DNA from: Candidatus Methylomirabilia bacterium
Lineage (GTDB): Bacteria > Methylomirabilota > Methylomirabilia > Rokubacteriales > CSP1-6
Assembly: GCA_041497895.1 (NCBI GenBank)
Contig: JBGQHJ010000041.1
Coordinates: forward strand, 1-31,901
Length of the DNA stretch: 31,901 nucleotides
Direction of reading: 5' to 3'
This document shows, one piece after another, positions 24,858 through 31,901 of this stretch; within the stretch, counting starts at the first letter, position 1; every line of letters starts with the position of its first letter. The translations under genes were made by a program, and so were the position numbers. The notes under the pieces are model-generated. The model did no database searches, was not told the DNA's origin, and saw only the letters and a program-made list of their open reading frames with translations.

Positions 24858-25445
24858 TCAGGGCGCGGGGCGTGGGAACGGGCTCTCGTCGGACACGCGC
24901 TCGAGCGCGCGCAGGGCGCTGCCCAGCACCACCCCGGCGCCGGCCGGACCGCCGGCCGCCCCGGACCCTCCGGCCGGGCCGGGAGTCATGCCGGGACCGT
25001 AGGCGTAGTGATGCGAGAAGCCGCCCTCGTCGAGCCGCGCCATCAGCTGGTCGCCGCCCTCGCGGATCAGCAGGAGCCCGCGGCGGCCCGAGCAGGCCTG
25101 CCGCGCGCAGCCGGTGACCGCGATGTAGTTGGCGTCGCCGATGCGCACCATGCGCACCGGGCCGCCCAGCTCGAAGTACTGGGCGGCGGGCGCGCTCAGC
25201 TTGCCGACGCCCGGGGTGGGCGCCGCCCAGTCGGCCCCGAACAGTGCGCGCACCTTGTCCCGCAGCTGGGGGTTCTCCAGGATCTCGCCGGCCGAGCTCC
25301 CATAGGCGAGCGCGCGGGCGTCCGCCGCCACGACGTCCGCCTCGGGCGGCGCCGACGAGCCCGGCTCCGGAGGCACCACGCACCCGGCTACGACCGGCGC
25401 GACCAGCAGACACACGAGCACTCCCCGCAGCATCGAATGGCGCAC
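24858..25445 (-). CDS. Lipoprotein, possibly Ivy-like (inhibitor of lysozyme/lytic transglycosylase fold)
   Basis: AAGGAGG RBS and GTG 25445; lipobox VVAG-C; segment PVRMVRIGDANYIAVTGCARQACSGRRGLLL resembles the Ivy CKPHDC region. Confidence 0.7.
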   Translation of the reverse strand: MRHSMLRGVLVCLLVAPVVAGCVVPPEPGSSAPPEADVVAADARALAYGSSAGEILENPQLRDKVRALFGADWAAPTPGVGKLSAPAAQYFELGGPVRMVRIGDANYIAVTGCARQACSGRRGLLLIREGGDQLMARLDEGGFSHHYAYGPGMTPGPAGGSGAAGGPAGAGVVLGSALRALERVSDESPFPRPAP

Positions 25446-25470
25446 AGGCGCCTCCTTGCCGCATCGGATG

Positions 25471-25485
25471 GCAATCACCATGCCA
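25471..25485 (-). promoter_or_regulatory. Sigma54-type -24/-12 promoter
   Basis: Minus strand reads TGGCATGGTGATTGC, 25 nt upstream of GTG 25445. Confidence 0.8.
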
Positions 25486-25610
25486 CTCTCTTGTTTCCAG
25501 CCGCTTCGAGGCAAGCGCCCGAAAACTCGGAGAGGTCCACCAGGGCGCGACGGCGACGCTACCGCAAGACCGAGTAAGACTTACCCACCTGCATGTAATC
25601 TCCCCCTTCC

Positions 25611-25645
25611 CCCTCTCCCCTCAGGGGAGAGGGCAGGGCGAGGGG
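25611..25645 (+). repeat. REP-like hairpin (copy 4)
   Basis: CCCTCTCCCC-TCA-GGGGAGAGGG-CAGGGCGAGGGG. Confidence 0.9.
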
Positions 25646-25723
25646 TGGTGCGGCGCCCAGACCACCCCGGATCCACCGCTCCGACCCGGGCCAGCTCGCC
25701 GCTCTACGCACGCACTCGCCGTG

Positions 25724-25768
25724 TCATGGCTTTCCCACGACGCCGATGATGTAGAAGACATTGTTCAT
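25724..25768 (-). CDS. 14-aa microprotein ORF or truncated small membrane protein (MNNVFYIIGVVGKP)
   Basis: AAAGGAG RBS and sigma54-type promoter upstream; too short for the ORF track. Confidence 0.5.
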   Translation of the reverse strand: MNNVFYIIGVVGKP

Positions 25769-25818
25769 GGCTCGCTCCTTTCCAGGGCCAACGCTCGGCC
25801 CGCTGTCGATCCAAGGGG

Positions 25819-25833
25819 GCATCGGCCATGCCA
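25819..25833 (-). promoter_or_regulatory. Sigma54-type -24/-12 promoter
   Basis: Minus strand reads TGGCATGGCCGATGC, 50 nt upstream of ATG 25768. Confidence 0.7.
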
Positions 25834-25954
25834 GGCGGGCATCGCCTGTATATACTGAGGGTCGTTGCGCGCCCGTCGCACGGTCGCGAGGTGCGCCGCG
25901 CGCTCCACGAAGGAATTACCGTGTCCTCGTGACTTGGACCGGAAGGGGTCGAGA

Positions 25955-26905
25955 ATGCCTGGGTCGCGGAGGATGCGAAACGATATCCGGATCTCGAACC
26001 GGGCGACGTACTGGCCGGTGGCACCGCTCGACCTCGTCGTGGCGGCGCCGCTGGTGGCGCGGGTGCTGCTCGGCGCCACGCCGGTCGGCCGGGTCGTGCA
26101 GGGCGTCGTGTTCGGCGCCTACCTCGCCAGCGCGCTCCGCGACTGGCACGACCGCCGCGGCATTCGCAAGATCGCCTTCCACCGCGAGTTCGGCGCCGAC
26201 CTGCGTCACCTGGTGCCGATGCCGCGCGAGGTCCGCGAGGCCGAGGTGCGGACGCTGGCCCAGCGCCTGAGCGACGAGCTCACGCTCGAGCGCATCCCGC
26301 GACGCGAGCTCGCGGTCGAGGTCGATCGGCACCTCACCCGGTACATCGCCGGCATCACCGGGCAGCACGTGCGCTCGAGCGCCGAGGTCCGCGGCTTCGC
26401 GCTCGTCGGGCTCGCGTTTCCGTTCGCGCTCGGCGCCTGCGACATGCTCTCCGGCGACGTCGCGATCTTCCGCGACACGTGGCTCCTCGAGCCGCACATC
26501 ATCGCGCACGAGTTCGGCCACCGGAAGGGCTACTGGAAGGAGCTGCACGCGCAGGCGCTGGGCTACCTGGCGCTGGTGACGTCCGGCGAGCCCGTCCTGC
26601 GCCAGTCCGCGCTGCTGGAGCGCCTGCACCGGGACCTGCGCGTCCTCGCGGGCGACGACCACGGCGCGTTCGACCGGCTCGTGACCCGCGCGCCACTCCG
26701 CCGCGAGCTGCGGACCCTTCTCGTCAAGCTGCGCCCGCCGCTGACCGGCGTCGAGCGCCAGGTCGAAGCCGCGATGCGCCGGCTCTACCACCTGCGCATG
26801 CGCGCCACCGGCCAGACCGGCATCTCCGACTACGACCTCGGCTTCACCAACTTCCTCCACACCTTCGAGACCAGCACCACCGCCAGGCAAACCCCACCGA
26901 CGTAA
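25955..26905 (+). CDS. HExxH zinc-metallopeptidase-like protein (DUF3810-like)
   Basis: N-terminal hydrophobic segment; IAHEFGHRKGYWKELHAQ..GYLA resembles the DUF3810 HE.AH..G...E.EA motif. Start ATG 25955 or 25973. Confidence 0.65.
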   Translation: MPGSRRMRNDIRISNRATYWPVAPLDLVVAAPLVARVLLGATPVGRVVQGVVFGAYLASALRDWHDRRGIRKIAFHREFGADLRHLVPMPREVREAEVRTLAQRLSDELTLERIPRRELAVEVDRHLTRYIAGITGQHVRSSAEVRGFALVGLAFPFALGACDMLSGDVAIFRDTWLLEPHIIAHEFGHRKGYWKELHAQALGYLALVTSGEPVLRQSALLERLHRDLRVLAGDDHGAFDRLVTRAPLRRELRTLLVKLRPPLTGVERQVEAAMRRLYHLRMRATGQTGISDYDLGFTNFLHTFETSTTARQTPPT

Positions 26906-26907
26906 AT

Positions 26908-26978
26908 CCCTCTCCCCTCTGGGGAGAGGGCAGGGTGAGGGGCCCGGGCGGTGAGGGGCCCGGGTGGTGAGGGGCCCC
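26908..26978 (+). repeat. REP-like hairpin plus 16 bp tandem repeat (copy 5)
   Basis: CCCTCTCCCC-TCT-GGGGAGAGGG, then about 3 copies of GGTGAGGGGCCCGGG(C/T) from 26934; lies between convergent stops. Confidence 0.9.
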
Positions 26979-26980
26979 AC

Positions 26981-27187
26981 TCATCGCTCCTCCTCATCGT
27001 CATCATCAGGACCCCCGACCTCGGGTTCCCGTCCATGACCGACGACCGCGAGCACGAACCCCAGCACCATGACCGCCGTGGCGACCAGGAAGACGACCAG
27101 CCCCAGCTGGCAACCGGGATCGTTCCACGTCTTGCTCCCGAGCCAGCCCAGGACGATGCCAACGCCGACGAGCCCGCCGTCCCTCAT
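26981..27187 (-). CDS. Small membrane protein with acidic tail
   Basis: 68 aa with two hydrophobic segments and a PDDDDEEER tail; GGAGG upstream; the stop abuts the REP element. Confidence 0.6.
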   Translation of the reverse strand: MRDGGLVGVGIVLGWLGSKTWNDPGCQLGLVVFLVATAVMVLGFVLAVVGHGREPEVGGPDDDDEEER

Positions 27188-27294
27188 CCTCGAACCTCCC
27201 GAAGGGGCGGGCCAAGAGGAGGAGCCCCGCCGAGGGCGAGCCTATTCCCACGGGACCGGGCGGTCAACGCGGACGACCCCCTTCCGGCAGCGGT

Positions 27295-27323
27295 TTGACA
27301 CGCGCCGATCGATCTGCCAGGAT
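27295..27323 (+). promoter_or_regulatory. Sigma70-type promoter
   Basis: TTGACA (27295-27300), 17 bp spacer, TGn-extended CAGGAT (27318-27323), upstream of ATG 27338. Confidence 0.55.
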
Positions 27324-27337
27324 CGGCGGCTCTTGCG

Positions 27338-28132
27338 ATGAGCGAGCCCGAGTTCTCCATCGAGGAAGTCGCCCGCTACTGGGACGACAACGCGGCCGCG
27401 TGGGCCCGGGAAGTTCGGCAGGGCCATGACGTCGCCCGCGAGTTCCTGAACAACCCGGCCTCCCTGGCCCTCATCGGCGATCTGCGCGGCCGCCAGACCC
27501 TCGACGCGGGATGCGGCGACGGTTACAACACCCGCATTCTCGCGCGGGCCGGCGCCCGCATGAGCGGCGTGGACCTCTCCGCCCGGATGATCGAGCTCGC
27601 CCAGGACGAGGAGCGCCGCGCCCCGCTGGGGATTCGCTACGCGCGCGCCTCCTATACCGACATGGCCCTGTTCGCCGACCGGACCTTCGACGCGGTGGTG
27701 TCCTTCATGGCGATGATGGACGGCCCACGATTCGACCTCGCCATGGCGGAGTGCTTCCGCGTCCTCCGCCCGGGCGGGCGGCTCGCCTTCAGCATCACGC
27801 ACCCCTGCTTCATCACGAGGGGCTCCCGGTGGATTCGCGACGAGCAGGGCGTCAAGGTGAACTGGGTGGTCGGCAACTACTTCGATCCCACCCGCTGGGT
27901 GGAGCGCTTCCGCTTCACGGACGCGCCGGCCGAGGCCCCCGAGTTCGTCGTCCCCCGCTTCGACCGCACGCTCTCCGAGTACGTCAACACGCTGACCGGC
28001 GCCGGGTTCGTCCTGAAGCGCCTCGAGGAGCCGCGCCCGTCGGAGGAGTACTGCCAGGCCCACCCCGGCCAGCGCGGCTGGCGCGACCACGCCGCCCTCT
28101 TCCTGCACGTCCTGGCCGAGAAGCCGGTCTGA
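27338..28132 (+). CDS. Class I SAM-dependent methyltransferase
   Basis: LDAGCGDG, GVDLS, FDAVVS, RVLRPGG..FSITHPCF, RTLSEYVN, EEPRP. Confidence 0.9.
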   Translation: MSEPEFSIEEVARYWDDNAAAWAREVRQGHDVAREFLNNPASLALIGDLRGRQTLDAGCGDGYNTRILARAGARMSGVDLSARMIELAQDEERRAPLGIRYARASYTDMALFADRTFDAVVSFMAMMDGPRFDLAMAECFRVLRPGGRLAFSITHPCFITRGSRWIRDEQGVKVNWVVGNYFDPTRWVERFRFTDAPAEAPEFVVPRFDRTLSEYVNTLTGAGFVLKRLEEPRPSEEYCQAHPGQRGWRDHAALFLHVLAEKPV

Positions 28133-28145
28133 TCGACAGACTCCT

Positions 28146-28177
28146 CCTCTCCCCGCTGGGGAGAGGGCGGGGTGAGG
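28146..28177 (+). repeat. REP-like hairpin (copy 6)
   Basis: CCTCTCCCC-GCT-GGGGAGAGG-GCGGGGTGAGG; lies between convergent stops. Confidence 0.85.
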
Positions 28178-28189
28178 CGCGGCTCCTCC

Positions 28190-29956
28190 TCACGTCTTCG
28201 GACGGCCCCGGCGGCGGAGCTCAGCGGTGGCCCGGTCATCGAGGGCGGAGGGATCGTCGGCGGTCACGACGACGCCGTAGTCGCGTTCGGCGTCGGCAGC
28301 CGTGAAGTACCCGCGCGCCACGTCGCGCGCGACCAGCGCGGGATCCCGGTGCCAGGCATCGCCGTAGCCCCCACCGCCCGGCGTGCGCACGGAGATGGTG
28401 TCGCCGGCGACGACCCGGATATCCTCGTCCTTCGAGAGGTGTGGCGAGACGTACTCGCCACCCTGACGGGTCACGACCACCTCGTTGGGCGCTCCGTCGC
28501 GGCCCCCGAAGAGGCCGGGCGGGCCGAAGCGGCCGTGGTCCATGAGGAACGAGAGCAGCGCCTCGCCGCGGCGGATGCGGATCTTGTAGTCCACCCCGAA
28601 GCCGCCGCGCGTCTTCCCCGCCCCGCCCGAGCGCTCGCGCAGGGCGTAGCGCTCGAACAGGATCGGGTAGTGCTGCTCGAGCACCTCGGTGGGCTGCGTC
28701 TTGGAGATGCCGATGGTCGAGCAGCCGTTGGTGAGCCCGTCGCCGTCGGCACTGCCCCCGTAGCCGCCCCCGCTGAAGACGTACATGATGTAGTGGCGCT
28801 CCTTCAGCGGATCGTGGCCCCCCAGCGTGAGGTTGCCGCTGGTGCCGGCCGGGGCCGCGAAGAGGTCATCGGGAATGGCGTGGGCCAGCGTCGAGAACAC
28901 CGACTCCGCGATGCGCGAGCTCACCTCGGCGGCGCAACCCGAGACCGGCCGCGGGTAGCGGGCGTAGAGGAAGGCCCCGTGCGGGTCGGCGATATGCAGG
29001 GGCTCGAAACAGCCCGCGTTGATCGGCACGTCCGGGAAGACGTGCTTGATGGCCAGGTACACCGCGGCCTTGGTGGTGGCGATGACGCTGTTCAAGGGCC
29101 CGCGGCACGGCCCGCTCGACTCCGAGAAGTCGAAGTGGAGATCCGTGCCCTCCTTCCGGAGGCGCAGGCGGATGGCCAGCGGGTCCGGGTCCACGCCGTC
29201 CGAGTCCACGAAGGCCTCGCCGGCGTAGGCACCGTCCGGGATCTTGGCGATGTGCGCCCGCATCATCCGATCCGAGCGCCGGCGCAGCTCGGCGATGCAC
29301 GCGGTCACGGTCGCCTCGCCGTAGCGGTCCAGCAGTGCGGTGAGGCGCTTCTCCCCCACGGTGAGCGCGGCCACCTGGGCCTTGATGTCGCCGATGCGCT
29401 CCTCGGGCACCCGGATGTTGGCGAGGATGATGCTGAGGATATCGGGCTGCATCACGCCTTCGCGGAAGAGCTTCACCGGCGGCAGCCGCAGGCCCTCCTG
29501 CTGGACCTCGGTGGCCCGCGTCGAGAAGCCGCCCGGCACCGAACCGCCGGTGTCGGGCCAGTGCCCGGTGTTGGACAGGTAGGCCCAGAGCGCCCCGCGG
29601 TAGAAGTAGGGCTTCACCATCTTGACGTCCATCAGATGGGTGCCGCCGCAGTAGGGATCGTTGACGATGAAGATGTCGCCGGCCCGGAGCGGCTCTCCGG
29701 CGGCCTTGACGTGATCGATGACCGCGCGTGTCGTGAACTGCATCACGCCCACGAAGATGGGCAGCCCGAGCTCCCCCTGGGCGATGACCTCGCCGTTGTC
29801 CCGGGCGTAGATGCCGTCCGAGCGGTCGAAGCCCTCGGAGATGACCGGCGAGAAGGCGGCCCGCTCGAAGGTGAGATCCATCTCGCTCGCCACCTGCTGC
29901 AGACCGTTCTGCACGACGACGAGGGTGACCGGATCGATCGCGCTCATCGCATCCAT
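28190..29956 (-). CDS. Hydantoinase B / oxoprolinase family protein
   Basis: IDPVTL, EM..TFERAAFSPVISE, NDPYCGGTHLMD, HWPDTGG.VPG, QEGLRLPP, TPGGGGYG. Start 29956 or 29947. Confidence 0.93.
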   Translation of the reverse strand: MDAMSAIDPVTLVVVQNGLQQVASEMDLTFERAAFSPVISEGFDRSDGIYARDNGEVIAQGELGLPIFVGVMQFTTRAVIDHVKAAGEPLRAGDIFIVNDPYCGGTHLMDVKMVKPYFYRGALWAYLSNTGHWPDTGGSVPGGFSTRATEVQQEGLRLPPVKLFREGVMQPDILSIILANIRVPEERIGDIKAQVAALTVGEKRLTALLDRYGEATVTACIAELRRRSDRMMRAHIAKIPDGAYAGEAFVDSDGVDPDPLAIRLRLRKEGTDLHFDFSESSGPCRGPLNSVIATTKAAVYLAIKHVFPDVPINAGCFEPLHIADPHGAFLYARYPRPVSGCAAEVSSRIAESVFSTLAHAIPDDLFAAPAGTSGNLTLGGHDPLKERHYIMYVFSGGGYGGSADGDGLTNGCSTIGISKTQPTEVLEQHYPILFERYALRERSGGAGKTRGGFGVDYKIRIRRGEALLSFLMDHGRFGPPGLFGGRDGAPNEVVVTRQGGEYVSPHLSKDEDIRVVAGDTISVRTPGGGGYGDAWHRDPALVARDVARGYFTAADAERDYGVVVTADDPSALDDRATAELRRRGRPKT

Positions 29957-29963
29957 GGGGGGG

Positions 29964-30551
29964 CTAGCGCCCGACGCCCAGCTCGGCGCGCAGGTCCGCC
30001 AGCACGCGCTCGCGAGTGCGGGTCTGCCAGCGCACCCGCTGCCCGATCGGGACGTTCTCGACCTCCGGCACCACCTTGAGCGCCACGAACACCGGGCCCG
30101 GCGGGGCCAGGATGGACGCGAGGCTCGCCTCGACGTCCTCGAGCTGGTCGAAGGCGAACGCGCGCGGATAGCCCGCGCCGCGCGCGATCACGTCGTAGGC
30201 CACGTTCTTGGCGTTGGGCACCGGCTGGCCGCCGGTGGTGGCGTAGCACTCGTTGTCGAGCATGAAGTGGTAGAAGTTGGTGGGCGCCAGCTCGGCGATG
30301 GTCGGCAGGATGCCGAGGCTCATCAGCAGGTCGCCCTCGGAGTCGAAGAGCACGACGCGGTCGGCGGGGCGGGCGAGGGCGAGTCCCAGGGCGAAGCCGG
30401 CGTGTCCGCCCATCGCGGGGTCGCCGACCGGCACGTCGCGGGTCGGCCGCGTGCTGATCTGCGCCCAGTGCCGAGCGCCACGGCCCGGCACGACGATGGC
30501 GTCGCCGCGGTGGGCCTGGAAGATCCGGAGCAGGTCGGCGGTGGGGAACAC
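29964..30551 (-). CDS. ThDP-dependent decarboxylase beta subunit (ComE / phosphonopyruvate decarboxylase C-terminal-like)
   Basis: AMGG..FALGLALARP..RVVLFDSEGDLLMSLG, LDNECYATTGGQP; GTG start with GAGGG RBS. Confidence 0.85.
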   Translation of the reverse strand: MFPTADLLRIFQAHRGDAIVVPGRGARHWAQISTRPTRDVPVGDPAMGGHAGFALGLALARPADRVVLFDSEGDLLMSLGILPTIAELAPTNFYHFMLDNECYATTGGQPVPNAKNVAYDVIARGAGYPRAFAFDQLEDVEASLASILAPPGPVFVALKVVPEVENVPIGQRVRWQTRTRERVLADLRAELGVGR

Positions 30552-30560
30552 GGCGCCCTC

Positions 30561-31079
30561 CTAGCGGTTGAACCCGTGATACTCGTCGGCCATCAGCACC
30601 GCCACCGGCCGCTGGGTGCGCCGCGCCTCCTCGAAGGCGATGGAGATGCGCGGGGCGTCAGCCGAGGTCTCGACGAGGTAGTACGTGATGCCGAAGGCGT
30701 GGAGGAAGCGCTCGGTGTACGTGGCCGCGCTGTCCGTATTGACCCCGTGCCGGGTCCACCCCCGGTAGCCCACCAGCATCACCACCGGGATCTGCAGCCC
30801 GATCGCCCAGCCCCGCAGCGAGTCGCCCGACTCCATGAGGCCCGTGTTCTGGATCAGGATGACCGGGGTCTGGCCTCCCGTCGCAAGCCCGGCGGCGACC
30901 GAGAACGCCAGCCCCTCCCGGCTGACCGGCACGAGGCGGAGCGACGGATCGGCCTGCATGAGCTGGTAGAGGAAGTTCGTCTCGCTGTCGGGGAGCCACA
31001 CCACGTGGGTGACCCCGTTCTTCTTCATCTCCTCGAGCACGAGCTGCGGGTCGAGCTGCGCGTCCTGGGTCGGCGTCAT
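30561..31079 (-). CDS. ThDP-dependent decarboxylase alpha subunit (ComD-like)
   Basis: Start MTPTQD at 31079 overlapping the upstream stop (ATGA); VVWLPDS, VSREG.A..VAAG, LIQNTG, VGYRG; 172 aa. Confidence 0.85.
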   Translation of the reverse strand: MTPTQDAQLDPQLVLEEMKKNGVTHVVWLPDSETNFLYQLMQADPSLRLVPVSREGLAFSVAAGLATGGQTPVILIQNTGLMESGDSLRGWAIGLQIPVVMLVGYRGWTRHGVNTDSAATYTERFLHAFGITYYLVETSADAPRISIAFEEARRTQRPVAVLMADEYHGFNR

Positions 31080-31901
31080 GGTCGGCGGGTCTCCGGCGGC
31101 GGCGCGGCGTCCAGACCGCGGACGCTGATCTCGAGATTCCCGAGCGCATCCACGCGCACCCGGTCCCCAGGCTCGATCACGGTGGTGGAGTCGAGCTGCT
31201 CGACGATGGCCGGCCCGACGAGCTCCGCGCCCACGCCGAGCTGTTCCCGCCGGTACACCGGCGTGTCCTGCCACTCCCCATCGAACCAGGCGCGCCGGCG
31301 CGCGGCCGGCACCGCGCCGCCCACCGTCGGCTCCAGCGTGATCAAGCCCTGGAGCGCCACCGGGCGGCGCCGGCCGATCACCGCGGTGCGCAGGCTCACG
31401 ACCTGGGCGCGCATCTCGCGCAGCTCCACCTCGAAGCGCTCCCAGTACGCGGCCTCGAAGGCGCGCATCAGATCCTCGCGCGCGAAGTCGGTCCGCGCGA
31501 CCGGCACGGTCAGCACGTGGGTCTGCCCCACGAACTGCATGTCCGCCTCGTGCTGGGCGCTCACCGTCTCGACCTCCACCCCTTCCGAGGCCAGCAGCCG
31601 GCGCCCCTCGTCCACCTGCGCGGTGAAGATGCGGTGCGCCTCGGCCAGGTCCAGGCGCAGCACGCCCTGGTTGACGGTCTTCACGAAGTCGTGGCGCACG
31701 TCGGCGACCAGGCAGCCGAGCGCCGACGTGATGCCGGGCCGGGCCGGCACCAGCACCCGGGGGATCGCCAGCTCGCGGGCCAGGGCGACCGCGTGCAGCG
31801 GGCCGGCGCCGCCGAAGGCGAAGAGCACGAAGTCGCGCGGGTCGTGGCCGCGCTGGAGCGACACCAGGCGGATGGCCCCGGCCATCTTGTCGTTGGCCAC
31901 C
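31076..31901 (-). CDS. Hydantoinase A / oxoprolinase family protein, C-terminal part (5' beyond window)
   Basis: MAGAIRLVSLQRGHDPRDF.LFAFGGAGPLHA, PGITSALG, DMQFVGQTH, GPAIVEQLDSTTV. Confidence 0.92.
   Translation of the reverse strand, partial: VANDKMAGAIRLVSLQRGHDPRDFVLFAFGGAGPLHAVALARELAIPRVLVPARPGITSALGCLVADVRHDFVKTVNQGVLRLDLAEAHRIFTAQVDEGRRLLASEGVEVETVSAQHEADMQFVGQTHVLTVPVARTDFAREDLMRAFEAAYWERFEVELREMRAQVVSLRTAVIGRRRPVALQGLITLEPTVGGAVPAARRRAWFDGEWQDTPVYRREQLGVGAELVGPAIVEQLDSTTVIEPGDRVRVDALGNLEISVRGLDAAPPPETRRP

Noticed and set aside
19100..27300. Prophage, integron cassette array or defence island as the explanation for the small-gene region
   Set aside because: I could identify no integrase, phage structural, nuclease or toxin gene, attC-like site or flanking direct repeat; gene orientations are mixed and the host REP repeats are interspersed.
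28172..30079. 635-aa + strand ORF
   Set aside because: Antisense shadow of the hydantoinase B gene.

Overview
Very GC-rich bacterial chromosomal window with no rRNA, tRNA, CRISPR or intact mobile element. Gene content and the CCCTCTCCCC...GGGGAGAGGG repeat suggest a Ca. Rokubacteria-like soil organism (inference only). The left part (1-19.1 kb) is catabolic and transport: LLM oxidoreductase and EamA; a minus-strand tctC-tctB-tctA-molybdoenzyme unit; a membrane PAS/HisKA sensor lacking its ATPase domain; a coupled Rieske oxygenase-CnbZ-like-molybdoenzyme-Zn-ADH-methyltransferase operon; and putA coupled to an LLM gene. The middle (19.1-27.3 kb) is a patchwork of small, poorly characterised and partly decayed genes. 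The main new observation is that six of these units start 26-51 nt downstream of a sigma54-type GG-N10-GC promoter, and four have a related TGTAG(G/A)AATTACA-like site about 73-94 bp upstream. This suggests an undescribed sigma54/bEBP regulon of small proteins: an Asp->Asn pseudo-receiver, a tandem-domain lipoprotein, an Ivy-like lipoprotein with a CBS protein, a zinc ribbon, a galactose-binding-fold protein and a microprotein. The right end holds a hydantoinase/oxoprolinase A-ComD-like-ComE-like-hydantoinase B operon. Six co-oriented REP-like hairpins (four with GGGCAGGG, G4-capable) and one perfect 27-bp inverted-repeat element are also present.
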